This document shows, piece by piece, positions 17,780-26,614 of a DNA stretch of 33,012 nucleotides; positions within the stretch are counted from its first letter, which is position 1, and each line of letters starts with the position of its first letter. A program made the position numbers and the translations under genes. A model generated the notes under the pieces. The model searched no databases. It saw nothing but the letters and a program-made list of their open reading frames with translations, and was not told where the DNA came from. The stretch comes from Acidimicrobiia bacterium. GTDB lineage: Bacteria; Actinomycetota; Acidimicrobiia; Spongiisociales; Spongiisociaceae. Where the stretch lies: positions 1-33,012 of the forward strand of contig JBFGLM010000049.1 of NCBI GenBank assembly GCA_041576165.1. The letters run 5' to 3'.

Positions 17780-18588
17780 CCGGGCGGCTTTCTCGCTCGC
17801 AGCGACGACGCGTGCGCCCGCCGCCGGGGGTGGCCGTCCTGGCGGCGCTGGGCCTGGCGATCTTCGTAGTGCCGCTGGCCGGATTGCTGGCGAAAACGCC
17901 GTGGTCACGCCTCTCCAGCCTGCTCACAGGGGACGTCGTCACCGAGGCGGTGCGGCTCTCGATCGCTACGTCGCTGGCCGCAACGGTGGTTTCTCTCGTC
18001 GTCGGCGTGCCGCTGGCGTGGGTGCTTGCCCGGGTCGATTTTCCCGGCCGGACGATCGTGCGATCGCTGGTACTGCTACCACTGGTGCTGCCCCCGGTGG
18101 TTGGAGGAGCGGCGCTGCTGTTTGCACTGGGCCGGCGCGGTTTGATCGGCGAGCCGCTCAACCGGGCCACCGGTCTCGTGCTGCCCTTCTCGACCTGGGG
18201 GGTGGTCATTGCGGCGACGTTTGTGGCGATGCCATTCCTGGTGATCACCGTGGAGGGAGCTCTCCGCAACCTCGATCTCCGCTACGAAGGAGCGGCGGCG
18301 ACGCTGGGGGCAGGTCGCTGGTCGATCATGTGGCGAGTCACACTCCCCATGATCGGGCCATCGTTGCTGTCCGGCATCGTACTGACCTGGGCGAGGGCGC
18401 TTGGGGAGTTCGGGGCCACGATCACCTTCGCCGGCAACCTGCAGGGACGCACGCAGACCCTGCCGCTCGCGGTCTTCGTGGCACTCGAGAGTGATCGCGA
18501 CACGGCGGTCTCCCTGAGTCTGCTCATGGTGGCGGTGTCCGTCGTAGTGCTGGTGTCACTCCGGGAGCGCTGGTGGAACTCGCTGTGA
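17776..18588 (+). CDS. modB: Molybdate ABC transporter permease
   Basis: LPLVLPPVVGG, FVAMPF, YEGAAATLGA (EAA loop), WARALGEFGATITFAGN; GTGA overlap. Confidence 0.95.
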   Translation: MTGRLSRSQRRRVRPPPGVAVLAALGLAIFVVPLAGLLAKTPWSRLSSLLTGDVVTEAVRLSIATSLAATVVSLVVGVPLAWVLARVDFPGRTIVRSLVLLPLVLPPVVGGAALLFALGRRGLIGEPLNRATGLVLPFSTWGVVIAATFVAMPFLVITVEGALRNLDLRYEGAAATLGAGRWSIMWRVTLPMIGPSLLSGIVLTWARALGEFGATITFAGNLQGRTQTLPLAVFVALESDRDTAVSLSLLMVAVSVVVLVSLRERWWNSL

Positions 18589-19652
18589 CGGCCGGGCTGC
18601 TCGAAGCCGAGCTGGGAGTGGACCGCGGCGACGGGTTTACCCTCGACATCTCTCTCACCATCGAACCCGGCCACACCGTCGCATTGCTGGGGCCCAACGG
18701 TGCCGGCAAATCAACGGCGGTGAGCGCCATTGCGGGACTGACGCCCCTCGACCGGGGCTACCTCCGGCTCGGGAATGTCACGCTGGACGACCCGGAACGG
18801 GGCCTTCTCATCCCGCCCGCCCGGCGACGAATCGGTGTCGCGTTCCAGGACCACATACTCTTTCCACACCTCACGGTCGCGCAGAACGTAGGGTTCGGTC
18901 TGAGTGGACGCCGGCAATCTCGCGAGCAACGGCGCCGGTCCGTGAGCGAGTGGCTGGAGAGACTCGGCATTGCCGACCTGGCCAACCGCAAGCCACGTGA
19001 CCTGTCGGGGGGCCAGGCGCAGCGGGTGGCTATGGCCAGGGCTCTCGTCACCGCGCCGGATGTCCTGTTGCTGGATGAGCCGCTCTCGGCGCTCGATGCC
19101 ACCACCCGGGTCACGCTGCGGCATGTGCTGGCCGACCATCTCGACGGATTTGGCGGCCCGCGGATGTTGATCACCCACGATCCGACTGAGGCGTTTCTGC
19201 TCGCGGACCGAATCCTGATCATCGAGGCCGGGCGGATCACCCAGTCCGGCACCGCCGACGACATCCGGATCCGCCCTCGCACTCGCTACGCAGCGGACCT
19301 CGCCGGGTCCAACCTGCTCGAGGGTACTGCAACTGGTGGGGGCAACATTGCGGTGGAGGGCCACACACTCCAGGCGGCGGACACCACAATCGCCGGGGAA
19401 GTTCTCGCCACCATCCATCCGCGCGCTATTTCGGTGCACCGGCGCCGGCCCGAGGGAAGTCCGCGCAACACCTGGGAGACGACCCTTGGCCGGGTGGAAC
19501 ACTATGGAGATCGGGTGCGGTTGCGGACCGGGCCACCGATGCCGCTGACGGCCGAGATAACGCCAGGCGCGGTGGAGGCACTCGGCCTGGCTAGCGGAGC
19601 GACGGTGTGGATATCAATCAAAGCAACTGAGATCAGCGTCGAGCCGGCCTGA
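18585..19652 (+). CDS. modC: Molybdate ABC transporter ATPase with C-terminal TOBE domain
   Basis: GPNGAGKST, LSGGQ, LLLDEP, ITHD; GSPRN and AEITP...LGL...WISIKATE; GTGA overlap gives start 18585. Confidence 0.92.
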   Translation: MTAGLLEAELGVDRGDGFTLDISLTIEPGHTVALLGPNGAGKSTAVSAIAGLTPLDRGYLRLGNVTLDDPERGLLIPPARRRIGVAFQDHILFPHLTVAQNVGFGLSGRRQSREQRRRSVSEWLERLGIADLANRKPRDLSGGQAQRVAMARALVTAPDVLLLDEPLSALDATTRVTLRHVLADHLDGFGGPRMLITHDPTEAFLLADRILIIEAGRITQSGTADDIRIRPRTRYAADLAGSNLLEGTATGGGNIAVEGHTLQAADTTIAGEVLATIHPRAISVHRRRPEGSPRNTWETTLGRVEHYGDRVRLRTGPPMPLTAEITPGAVEALGLASGATVWISIKATEISVEPA

Positions 19653-19694
19653 GCGCCCGACACCGACAAATCCCGGAAGCTTCCGGCCCCGGCG

Positions 19695-20717
19695 GTGGTT
19701 GGCGATGTCGTGAACCGGCTGATCAGAATTGCAGGGTTGATCGCGCTCGGTGCGTTGACCTTCTGGGCCTTTTCCGAACCGGACGCCCCGGTCAACCCGA
19801 CCGGCGTTCGGGTCGGTCCCGCCGACGCTTACAACCCCGTCACCGCCGGCGAGACACTTCCCGACGGATTCCGGCAACTCCTCCCCCGGGATGCCATCGC
19901 TCCTGTCTACGATCCTGCGTTCGTTCCCGCCGACGAGTCCGGCTGGCCCGGGCTGGTGGATGTCATCGGGGTTGCGGGCGGGAACGAGGCCAAGGCGTAC
20001 CCGGTGAGCTTTCTCAACCGGCGGGAGATGGTTCTCGACGAGATCGGAGGTGATCCGATCCTGGTCACCTGGTGACCGCTCTGTGCGACGGCGATGGTCC
20101 ATCGCCGTGAGGTCAACGGCCAGATTTTGGTACTCGGGAATCACGGCGCTTTGTGGGGCAACGCCATGACCTGGTGGGACCACAGCACCGGCTCGATCTG
20201 GAGTCAGCCGCTGGGCGAGGCCATCGCCGGCCCACTGAAGGGGGAGCGGCTCGATCTGTTGCCGGTCACGTTCACCACCTGGGACGCCTGGCGCACGGCC
20301 CATCCGCACACCCTGGCCCTGGACGCCCCGGCGGGAGACAGCGGATTCGACTTCAGGGACATGGCCATCGTGGTTGAGCTTGGCACGGAAGCGGCGGCAT
20401 ATCGCGTGCCGGATCTGCAACGGGTCGGGGTCGCAAACGATGTCGTAGCCGGCCTGGAGATCGCGGTAGCCGTCCACCCGAGGGATCCGCAACAGTGGAC
20501 GGTCTTCTCGCGGCGGCTCGAGAACGGTGTCGTCGAGCTGGCCGTGACCGATGGTGAGTTGGTCGACCTGGGCACGGGCACCGTGTGGGAGCCGACTCGA
20601 GGCCTAGGGCTGGACGGCCCGCTGGCCGGCCAGGTTCTCGGCACTCTGCCTGCGTTCACCGCGTTTCCGGGTGACTTCGACACCTTCTGGCCGGATGGCC
20701 GGGTGTGGCAGCCATGA
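19695..20717 (+). CDS. DUF3179 family selenoprotein (UxxC; in-frame TGA 20073-20075 read as Sec), N-terminal membrane anchor or signal
   Basis: The two ORF-track pieces share a frame and join as ILVTW-TGA-PLCATAMVHRR, matching the DUF3179 VTYCPLC motif as I recall it. DAIAP..DPAF, KAYP, WDHSTGSIWSQ..GEAIAGPL.G and TW..W...HP are intact. 340 aa from 19695; alternative GTG start at 19710. Confidence 0.9.
20088..20108 (+). promoter_or_regulatory. Bacterial SECIS element (in-coding stem-loop)
   Basis: ACGGCGATG-GTC-CATCGCCGT, a perfect 9-bp stem starting 12 nt after the TGA, with GU at the start of the apical loop. Confidence 0.85.
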
Positions 20718-21250
20718 CCCCGGTGGCCCGGCTGTTGCGGCTCGATCGTCGCACCTGGCAGGGCCTGGGCGCTACCGGCACTATCACGGCCGGATCGCTG
20801 GCGACGCTGGGTGCGTTTGCCGTGTTCGCTTTTGATCGGTTCGGCATCCAGGCTCTCGTCGCCCCCCGCCCGACCCTCCGCCTGCTTCTCACCGGCTTCT
20901 ACGGGTGGGTGTGGCTGGCGGGGACTGTGTGGATTGCGGCCCGCTTCGCACTGGCTTCTGCCGCCCGGTTCGACCGCGTCTTGCGGCTGTTCGGCTACGC
21001 CCATCTGCCGTTGCTGGCGGTGGCATTGACGATTCAGGTGACGTCGGTGACGCTGCGCTGGAACGGGCCCGGGCTGGTGTTCGGCTGGTTCACGGTGTCG
21101 TTCTGGATGCCGGCCCTGCTCGTTGCAGCCACCCGCCAGACGGTTGGCATCGATACATCCCTCGCTGTTCTGATCGTTGCCGGGCCATACGTTGGGTGGC
21201 TGCTGGTGATCGGCCGCACCCTCGCCTCCCAGCTGGGACATCTTCTCTGA
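20714..21250 (+). CDS. Multi-TM membrane protein, Yip1-like
   Basis: About 5 hydrophobic segments; FDRVLRLFGYAHLPL resembles bacterial Yip1-like proteins; ATGA overlap with the DUF3179 stop. Confidence 0.65.
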   Translation: MTPVARLLRLDRRTWQGLGATGTITAGSLATLGAFAVFAFDRFGIQALVAPRPTLRLLLTGFYGWVWLAGTVWIAARFALASAARFDRVLRLFGYAHLPLLAVALTIQVTSVTLRWNGPGLVFGWFTVSFWMPALLVAATRQTVGIDTSLAVLIVAGPYVGWLLVIGRTLASQLGHLL

Positions 21251-21262
21251 GCGGGCCGGCGT

Positions 21263-22069
21263 TCAGGCGTCTAGCGCCCGCATCCGGTGCCGCTCTGCCG
21301 CCGTGTAGGCCCGCCGCATGGTCGGCATGAGGGCGCCGTCAACGACGGTGAGGATCGTTCCAACGAGTGCCAGTGGATACCAGACGTGGCGGGGCTGGCC
21401 GGTCGTGAACGCCACGGCTCCCGCAATCAGCGCGGCGATGCCTATCGCTAGGCCAACCGCCAGGAGACTCTCGACCAGCTTCCGCTGCTGCCGCCGGCCA
21501 CCGAAGATGCCGATCGCCGCGCCCGACAGACCGGCGAGGACGCCGATGAAACCGCCGATGAGTGCAGCCTGGTTCTCGGACCACCAGGCCGACTGGCCGC
21601 CAAGGCCCTCGAGCGTCAACGGACCGACCCACACTTGGCCGCCTTCCGGCATCACCACGTTGATCTCGACTCGGTCGGGTCCCGGCGCGCCGTTCAAGAA
21701 GAACGGCAGTTCGAATTGGCGACCGTCTGAGTCAGCGACCAGAGCCGCCATCGGACCGGCTTCGGCCAGCGTGCGAGAGAAATACGCTCCGCCGTCGGCG
21801 AAATAGCTCCACATCTCCAGATAACCGGCGCCCCCCACGCCTTCGTGGCGGACGGTGCCGCGCACGACGTAGCTATCCGACTCGGTCTCGGGCTCATGGA
21901 TGGTGATGAGACGGTGGGTCCCCGTACCAGTGACGTACACCTCCTCGCCCACGACTTCACCCGTGGTCGGGGGGTTGGCGGTCCAGTCCACCTGTTCGGC
22001 CGCCAGGGCGGCCGTGGCCGACCCGGCAAATGCCAGGGCGATCAGGCAACTAAGCAGTACGGTTCGCAC
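21263..22069 (-). CDS. Hypothetical protein: signal peptide, extracytoplasmic beta-rich domain, 3 C-terminal TM
   Basis: GTG 22069 with GAGGAG upstream (alternative ATG 22084); signal ends ALA; YLEMWSYFADGGAYFSRTL core. Confidence 0.75.
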   Translation of the reverse strand: MRTVLLSCLIALAFAGSATAALAAEQVDWTANPPTTGEVVGEEVYVTGTGTHRLITIHEPETESDSYVVRGTVRHEGVGGAGYLEMWSYFADGGAYFSRTLAEAGPMAALVADSDGRQFELPFFLNGAPGPDRVEINVVMPEGGQVWVGPLTLEGLGGQSAWWSENQAALIGGFIGVLAGLSGAAIGIFGGRRQQRKLVESLLAVGLAIGIAALIAGAVAFTTGQPRHVWYPLALVGTILTVVDGALMPTMRRAYTAAERHRMRALDA

Positions 22070-22355
22070 GGGCGGTCTCCTCATCTCGGTAGGCGTCGAG
22101 CAGCAGCCGGAAGGCCTCGTCGTCCATCCGTCCTTCGGCGTAGAGCGAGCGCAGCGCCGTCTCAAACGGTCCGCCGGTGACCTGGGCATCGATGACCTTG
22201 ACCTTGTCGATCAGCCGGTCGAGACGCAGTCGCACGGTGGGATACGAGATGCCGTATTCGGCGGCGAGGTCTTTGAGCGTCCCCGACGCCAGCAAGAACC
22301 GCTTCAGGAATCCGAGGTCTTCATCGGATAGGTAATCGGTCCATCGCTGCTGCAT
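22050..22355 (-). CDS. DUF2089 family HTH protein
   Basis: LSDEDLGFLKRFLLASGTLKDLAAEYGISYPTVRLRLDRLI signature; alternative start 22367. Confidence 0.85.
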   Translation of the reverse strand: MQQRWTDYLSDEDLGFLKRFLLASGTLKDLAAEYGISYPTVRLRLDRLIDKVKVIDAQVTGGPFETALRSLYAEGRMDDEAFRLLLDAYRDEETARANRTA

Positions 22356-22384
22356 GTGAATCCCCATCGACCCTGAGTTTAATA

Positions 22385-22416
22385 ATCTTGAGATATATCT
22401 TTAGATTTCTCAAGAC
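22385..22416. promoter_or_regulatory. AT-rich tandem palindromes upstream of the DUF2089 gene
   Basis: ATCTTGAGAT (22385), ATCTTTAGAT (22397) and TTCTCAAGAC (22407). Confidence 0.6.
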
Positions 22417-22530
22417 GAACTGCAAGTCGAGTTTAGAAAAATGCAAGCTGACACCCGTGCGCGGCAGTCCGTCGCGCAGTCCCCTGAGCGCTGACGGCTT
22501 GGGCTGCCGCAACCCGGTAGGTTGAGCCGC

Positions 22531-23106
22531 ATGGACGATCTGGTGATCGAAGCCGTCACTCCAGACAAATGGGACGCCCTCGTTTTGCTGTTCGGAGCCA
22601 ACGGGGCGTACTCCAACTGCTGGTGCACGTGGTGGCTGCTGACCGCCAAGGAGTGGGACGAGGCCACCAAGCAACAGCGTCGCCGCCTGCTGGAGTCAGA
22701 AGTCCACGCCGGGCAGGTGCCGGGGCTGCTCGCCTACCGGGACGGGCAACCGGTCGGCTGGTGTGCGGTCGGACCGCGTGAGCGATACCGGCGCCTCAAT
22801 TCACCCAGATCCCGCGTCTACCGGCCCATCGATGACCTCGAGACCTGGGTTGTGAACTGCTTCTTCATCCGCAAGGACGAGCGCGGCCAGGGGGTGGCGG
22901 CGGTGCTCCTCGCCGCCGGCATTGATCATGCTTTACAGCAGGGTGCCACGGTGCTCGAGGCGTACCCGATCGATCGGGCGGTGCGCCCCGCAGGATCGTC
23001 CGAGTTGTTCGTCGGTTCGCTCCGCATGTTTCAGGCTGCGGGCTTCGAAGAGGTCGCACGCGTCAACGACCGCCCGCTCGTGCGGTGCTTTATCGGCGAC
23101 CGCTGA
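22531..23106 (+). CDS. GNAT family N-acetyltransferase
   Basis: CWCTWW, PVGWCAVGPR, WVVNCFFI...RGQGVA (motif A), LEAYP, MFQAAGF. Confidence 0.9.
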   Translation: MDDLVIEAVTPDKWDALVLLFGANGAYSNCWCTWWLLTAKEWDEATKQQRRRLLESEVHAGQVPGLLAYRDGQPVGWCAVGPRERYRRLNSPRSRVYRPIDDLETWVVNCFFIRKDERGQGVAAVLLAAGIDHALQQGATVLEAYPIDRAVRPAGSSELFVGSLRMFQAAGFEEVARVNDRPLVRCFIGDR

Positions 23107-23256
23107 CCGCGAACCCACCCTTCGATTGGTTGGCGAGGTCTTGACGCAACTCCACCAATCTGGTGGCTCGGTGGCCCCGCCCCGGGCGCGGCCTGTATCG
23201 CGCTCCTGGCCCTGCCGTCCCGTAGGCTCGGCCGGGATGCGGAAGGGAGGATGTAC

Positions 23257-23304
23257 ATGAGTTCACGCAGCCGGCGCTCCTTTCCTCCCGGCGTTTTCGG
23301 GTGA
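23257..23304 (+). CDS. Putative leader peptide (MSSRSRRSFPPGVFG) upstream of rsgA
   Basis: GGGAGG 6 nt before the ATG; TAGGCT -10-like hexamer at 23223; stop 31 nt before the rsgA start. Confidence 0.45.
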   Translation: MSSRSRRSFPPGVFG

Positions 23305-23335
23305 TCGGACAGGGGCGCCATAACCAGGAGTCTCG

Positions 23336-24364
23336 TTGACTGAACCGTTACCGCCGGGTGAGCTCGCCGCCTACGGGTGGAAACCGGAGATCCAGCGTGC
23401 CTTCGAGCCGTACGCCGGCCCCGAGCGGCAACTCGTTCGGATCGCCCGCGTCGACCGTGGCCGCATGATCGCGGCCACGGCCGGCGGCCCCGCGACCGTC
23501 CTCACGCGTGACGTCGAGGGAGGACCACCTGCCGTCGGCGACTGGGCCGTCGCTCGGACAGGTGCCGATGGGACGCCGCTGCTGTCCGCGATCCTGCCGC
23601 GTGCTTCGGCGGTCATGCGGGCAGGCGCTGAGGGCGGTCGTGATCAGGTCCTCGCGTCGAACATCGACACGATGTTCGTTCTGCATGGAGTCGATCGTCC
23701 GCATCGGGTAGGGCGGCTGGAGCGCCTGTCGATCCTGACGTGGCAGGCCGGCGCCCAGCCCGTGATCGTGCTCACCAAGACCGATCTGCTCGGCACCGAG
23801 GGGGCGGTGATCGGGCTGGCCGAGGCGCGCCGAGAGATCCGGGCGGTGTTGCGCCAGGTTGACGTGCTCCCGATCAGCAACCTGACCGGCGAGGGGATCG
23901 GAGAGCTGCACTCCTATCTCGGCCAGGGCCGGACCGTCGGGTTGACGGGGGAATCGGGTGCGGGCAAGAGCAGCCTCATCAACTGTTTGGTTGGAGGGGA
24001 CGTTCGGAGCACGCGTTCGGTCCGGCCGGGAGATCACAAAGGGCGACACACGACCACCTCACGGGAGCTGATTCCGGTTCCGTCCGGCGGCGTGCTGGTG
24101 GACACGCCGGGGCTGCGGATGGTGCCGATGCCCGCGAGTCACGACGGGCTTGCCACGGCCTATGACGACCTGGAGGAGCTGCTTGCCCGGTGCCGGTTCC
24201 GGGATTGCTCCCATCGGTCCGAACCTGGATGCGCGGTGCAGGCGGCTCTGCAGGAGGGCCGGCTCGACCCGATCCGCTGGGCGGGATACCGCAAGCTGGA
24301 AACGGAGATCGCTCGGCGCGGGCGTCCACCCGCCGAGCGCCAGCGGGCCCGCCGCCGGCTGTAG
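23336..24364 (+). CDS. rsgA: Ribosome small subunit-dependent GTPase A
   Basis: Circularly permuted G4 TKTD, G1 GESGAGKSS, G2 GRHTT, G3 DTPG; zinc finger CRFRDCSHRSEPGC; AGGAG before TTG. Confidence 0.95.
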   Translation: MTEPLPPGELAAYGWKPEIQRAFEPYAGPERQLVRIARVDRGRMIAATAGGPATVLTRDVEGGPPAVGDWAVARTGADGTPLLSAILPRASAVMRAGAEGGRDQVLASNIDTMFVLHGVDRPHRVGRLERLSILTWQAGAQPVIVLTKTDLLGTEGAVIGLAEARREIRAVLRQVDVLPISNLTGEGIGELHSYLGQGRTVGLTGESGAGKSSLINCLVGGDVRSTRSVRPGDHKGRHTTTSRELIPVPSGGVLVDTPGLRMVPMPASHDGLATAYDDLEELLARCRFRDCSHRSEPGCAVQAALQEGRLDPIRWAGYRKLETEIARRGRPPAERQRARRRL

Positions 24365-24450
24365 CCGTGGCAATGTCTATAGCTGTGGCTCGCACCCTTG
24401 AAGCTCCCGCCGGCTTGGTCCACGATGTCCTGGTGGCGGAAGGAGGCCAA

Positions 24451-24705
24451 ATGGACGACACCCAGCGAGCAGAGGCGATGCGGCGGGTCAAAGCCAAGCG
24501 GGACTTTCGCAACCATGCCGCGGTCTACGTGACCGTCAACCTGTTGCTGGTGGGTATCTGGGCGCTCAGCGGCGGCGGGGCGTTCTGGCCCGGGTGGTCG
24601 ATCGTGGGATGGGGCGTGGGTCTCGCATTCCACGGCTGGGGGACCTACGCCGACCGGCCGATCACCGAGGCGGACGTTGAGCGGGAGATTCACAAAGGCG
24701 GTTGA
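24451..24705 (+). CDS. 2TM domain-containing small membrane protein
   Basis: FRNHAAVYVTVNLLLVGIW...FWPGW...WGVGLAFHG; AGGAGG RBS. Confidence 0.85.
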   Translation: MDDTQRAEAMRRVKAKRDFRNHAAVYVTVNLLLVGIWALSGGGAFWPGWSIVGWGVGLAFHGWGTYADRPITEADVEREIHKGG

Positions 24706-24847
24706 ATGCAACTGCCAACTCAGGGGGCGGCCGGGGTCGTTCTCACGCACGTCCGTGCAGCTTGGCGCCGGCAAATAGTCAGGCAGGGCCCTCTGCGGCG
24801 CAGTGCTTGAGCAGCCACGGACTACGTCTATCGGCGACCTGCTCGGT

Positions 24848-25642
24848 TCAGCCAGACCTGCGCCGGCGCCAACGCAGCCGGCGGCTGCGGAACTCGGACT
24901 CCACGCTCTCGTGGTTCGGGGCGCCCCCGCCCAACCGGGCCGGCACCCACCACACTCGTCCCGGAGTGCCATCGCGGTACTCGCAGACGGCCTGGTTCAG
25001 CATCGTTTCAATCCGGATCCGTAGCTCGTCGGTCACAGCGACCGGATCGTCCCCGGCGTCCGGCCGTACCGGCTCCCCGTAGCACACGGTGACTGGAAGC
25101 TTCCACGACCAGCGCGGGCGTCGACCGGACGTATGGAAGCGGTGGGTTCCCCAGCTCACCGCCGGAATCAGGGGTACATGGGCTTCGGTGGCAATCCGGG
25201 CGGCCCCGGTGCGAAACGTGAGGAGATCGAATGAGCGCGAAATCGTGCCCTCGGGCATGATCAGCACCATTTCTCCGGCCTCCACTGCGTGTACGGCGTG
25301 CTGCACAGCGTCGAGGCCGGCGCCGCGATCGACGGGAATGCAGCCGGTCTTCCGCATCAGCCACCCAAACAAGGGCAGCTCGAAGAGGGATTGCTTGGCG
25401 AGAATGCGGGGTGCTCGTCCCAGCATGAGGTAGGGCGCTCTGCCGACCGCGAAGAAATCCCAGAACGAGTTGTGGTTGGCTGCGATCACACATCCTCCGG
25501 ACGGCGGCAGGTGCTCGGTTCCCCGAATGTCGAACTGCCACCGCTGGAGCCGCATAACCGCGAGTCCCATCCACGCGCCCAGCCGGTAGGCCCATCCCGG
25601 CGGAGGGACTCGGGAGGGTGGCTGCGCACGGTTAGACGTCAT
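24848..25642 (-). CDS. Lysophospholipid (1-acyl-sn-glycerol-3-phosphate) acyltransferase family
   Basis: NHNSFWD (Hx4D), LAKQSLF, IPVDR, MPEGT, FRTGAARIA. Confidence 0.92.
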   Translation of the reverse strand: MTSNRAQPPSRVPPPGWAYRLGAWMGLAVMRLQRWQFDIRGTEHLPPSGGCVIAANHNSFWDFFAVGRAPYLMLGRAPRILAKQSLFELPLFGWLMRKTGCIPVDRGAGLDAVQHAVHAVEAGEMVLIMPEGTISRSFDLLTFRTGAARIATEAHVPLIPAVSWGTHRFHTSGRRPRWSWKLPVTVCYGEPVRPDAGDDPVAVTDELRIRIETMLNQAVCEYRDGTPGRVWWVPARLGGGAPNHESVESEFRSRRLRWRRRRSG

Positions 25643-25726
25643 ACCTGCCTGCTTGATCGGGGCAGCAACCCTATCGCCTCAGGCATCCGCCGCCGCCCTC
25701 GAGGCCCGCACCTACACTCGACGGCC

Positions 25727-26554
25727 GTGCAGGATCGGCAGGGCTGGCGAGAGCGAACTCGCCACATCATCTTCGAGGCGGACACGCCGGCAGGGAAGCT
25801 GTTCGACGTGGTGCTCATGGTGCTGATCGTGGCAAGCGTCCTGCTGGTCATGTGGGAGAGCGTCCCCGGAACCTCCGAGCGTTACGCCTCCCAACTCCTG
25901 ATCGCCGAGTGGGTGGTGACGATCCTGTTCACGGTCGAGTACGCCGCTCGACTGTTGAGCGTTCAGCACCCGGCGCATTACGCCCGCAGCTTCTTCGGCG
26001 TCATAGATCTCATGGCCATCCTGCCCGTGTATTTGAGCCTGGTCATCCCGGGCGCCCAATCGCTGCTGGTGATCCGGTCCCTGCGTTTGCTGCGTGTTTT
26101 CCGGGTTTTCAAAATGGCCCAGTGGCTGCGAGAAGCCAACTACCTGCTGCATGCGCTGCGGGCCAGCACCCGCAAGATCGCAGTCTTCCTGGTGACGGTT
26201 GTCCTCATCAACATCATCGTGGGCTCAACCATGTACGTCATCGAGGGTCCAGAGCGGGGATTCGACTCTATGTTCCGCGGCGTCTACTGGTCGATCGTCA
26301 CCATGAGCACGGTGGGCTTCGGTGATATCGCGCCCTCGACCGGCCTCGGCCAGCTGCTGGCGGCCGCGCTGATGATCCTGGGTTTCAGCGTGATCGCCGT
26401 GCCGACCGGGATCGTGTCCGCCGAGGTGGCCACCGCCAGCCGGGCCCGGGACGGCGGCACCTCGTGCGCCGAGTGTGGGCTGGCCGGCCACCAGCCGGGA
26501 TCCGTGTACTGCCGGCGGTGCGGACGGCAATTGCCGGCGACTCAACCTGCGTAG
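25727..26554 (+). CDS. 6-TM voltage-gated-type potassium channel with C-terminal zinc ribbon
   Basis: S4 IRSLRLLRVFRVFK; filter TMSTVGFGD; CAEC...CRRC. Start at GTG 25727 is inferred. Confidence 0.9.
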   Translation: MQDRQGWRERTRHIIFEADTPAGKLFDVVLMVLIVASVLLVMWESVPGTSERYASQLLIAEWVVTILFTVEYAARLLSVQHPAHYARSFFGVIDLMAILPVYLSLVIPGAQSLLVIRSLRLLRVFRVFKMAQWLREANYLLHALRASTRKIAVFLVTVVLINIIVGSTMYVIEGPERGFDSMFRGVYWSIVTMSTVGFGDIAPSTGLGQLLAAALMILGFSVIAVPTGIVSAEVATASRARDGGTSCAECGLAGHQPGSVYCRRCGRQLPATQPA

Positions 26555-26614
26555 TCTGACTGTCGAGCCGGGAACGGGGCGAACGTCGTAATGACGGCAT
26601 CCGAAGGAGGGATC

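Noticed and set aside
19695-20717. Pseudogene or two-gene reading of the DUF3179 locus
   Set aside because: The single TGA sits at a CxxC cysteine position, has a SECIS-like hairpin, and there are no other lesions; ATG 20094 lacks an RBS.
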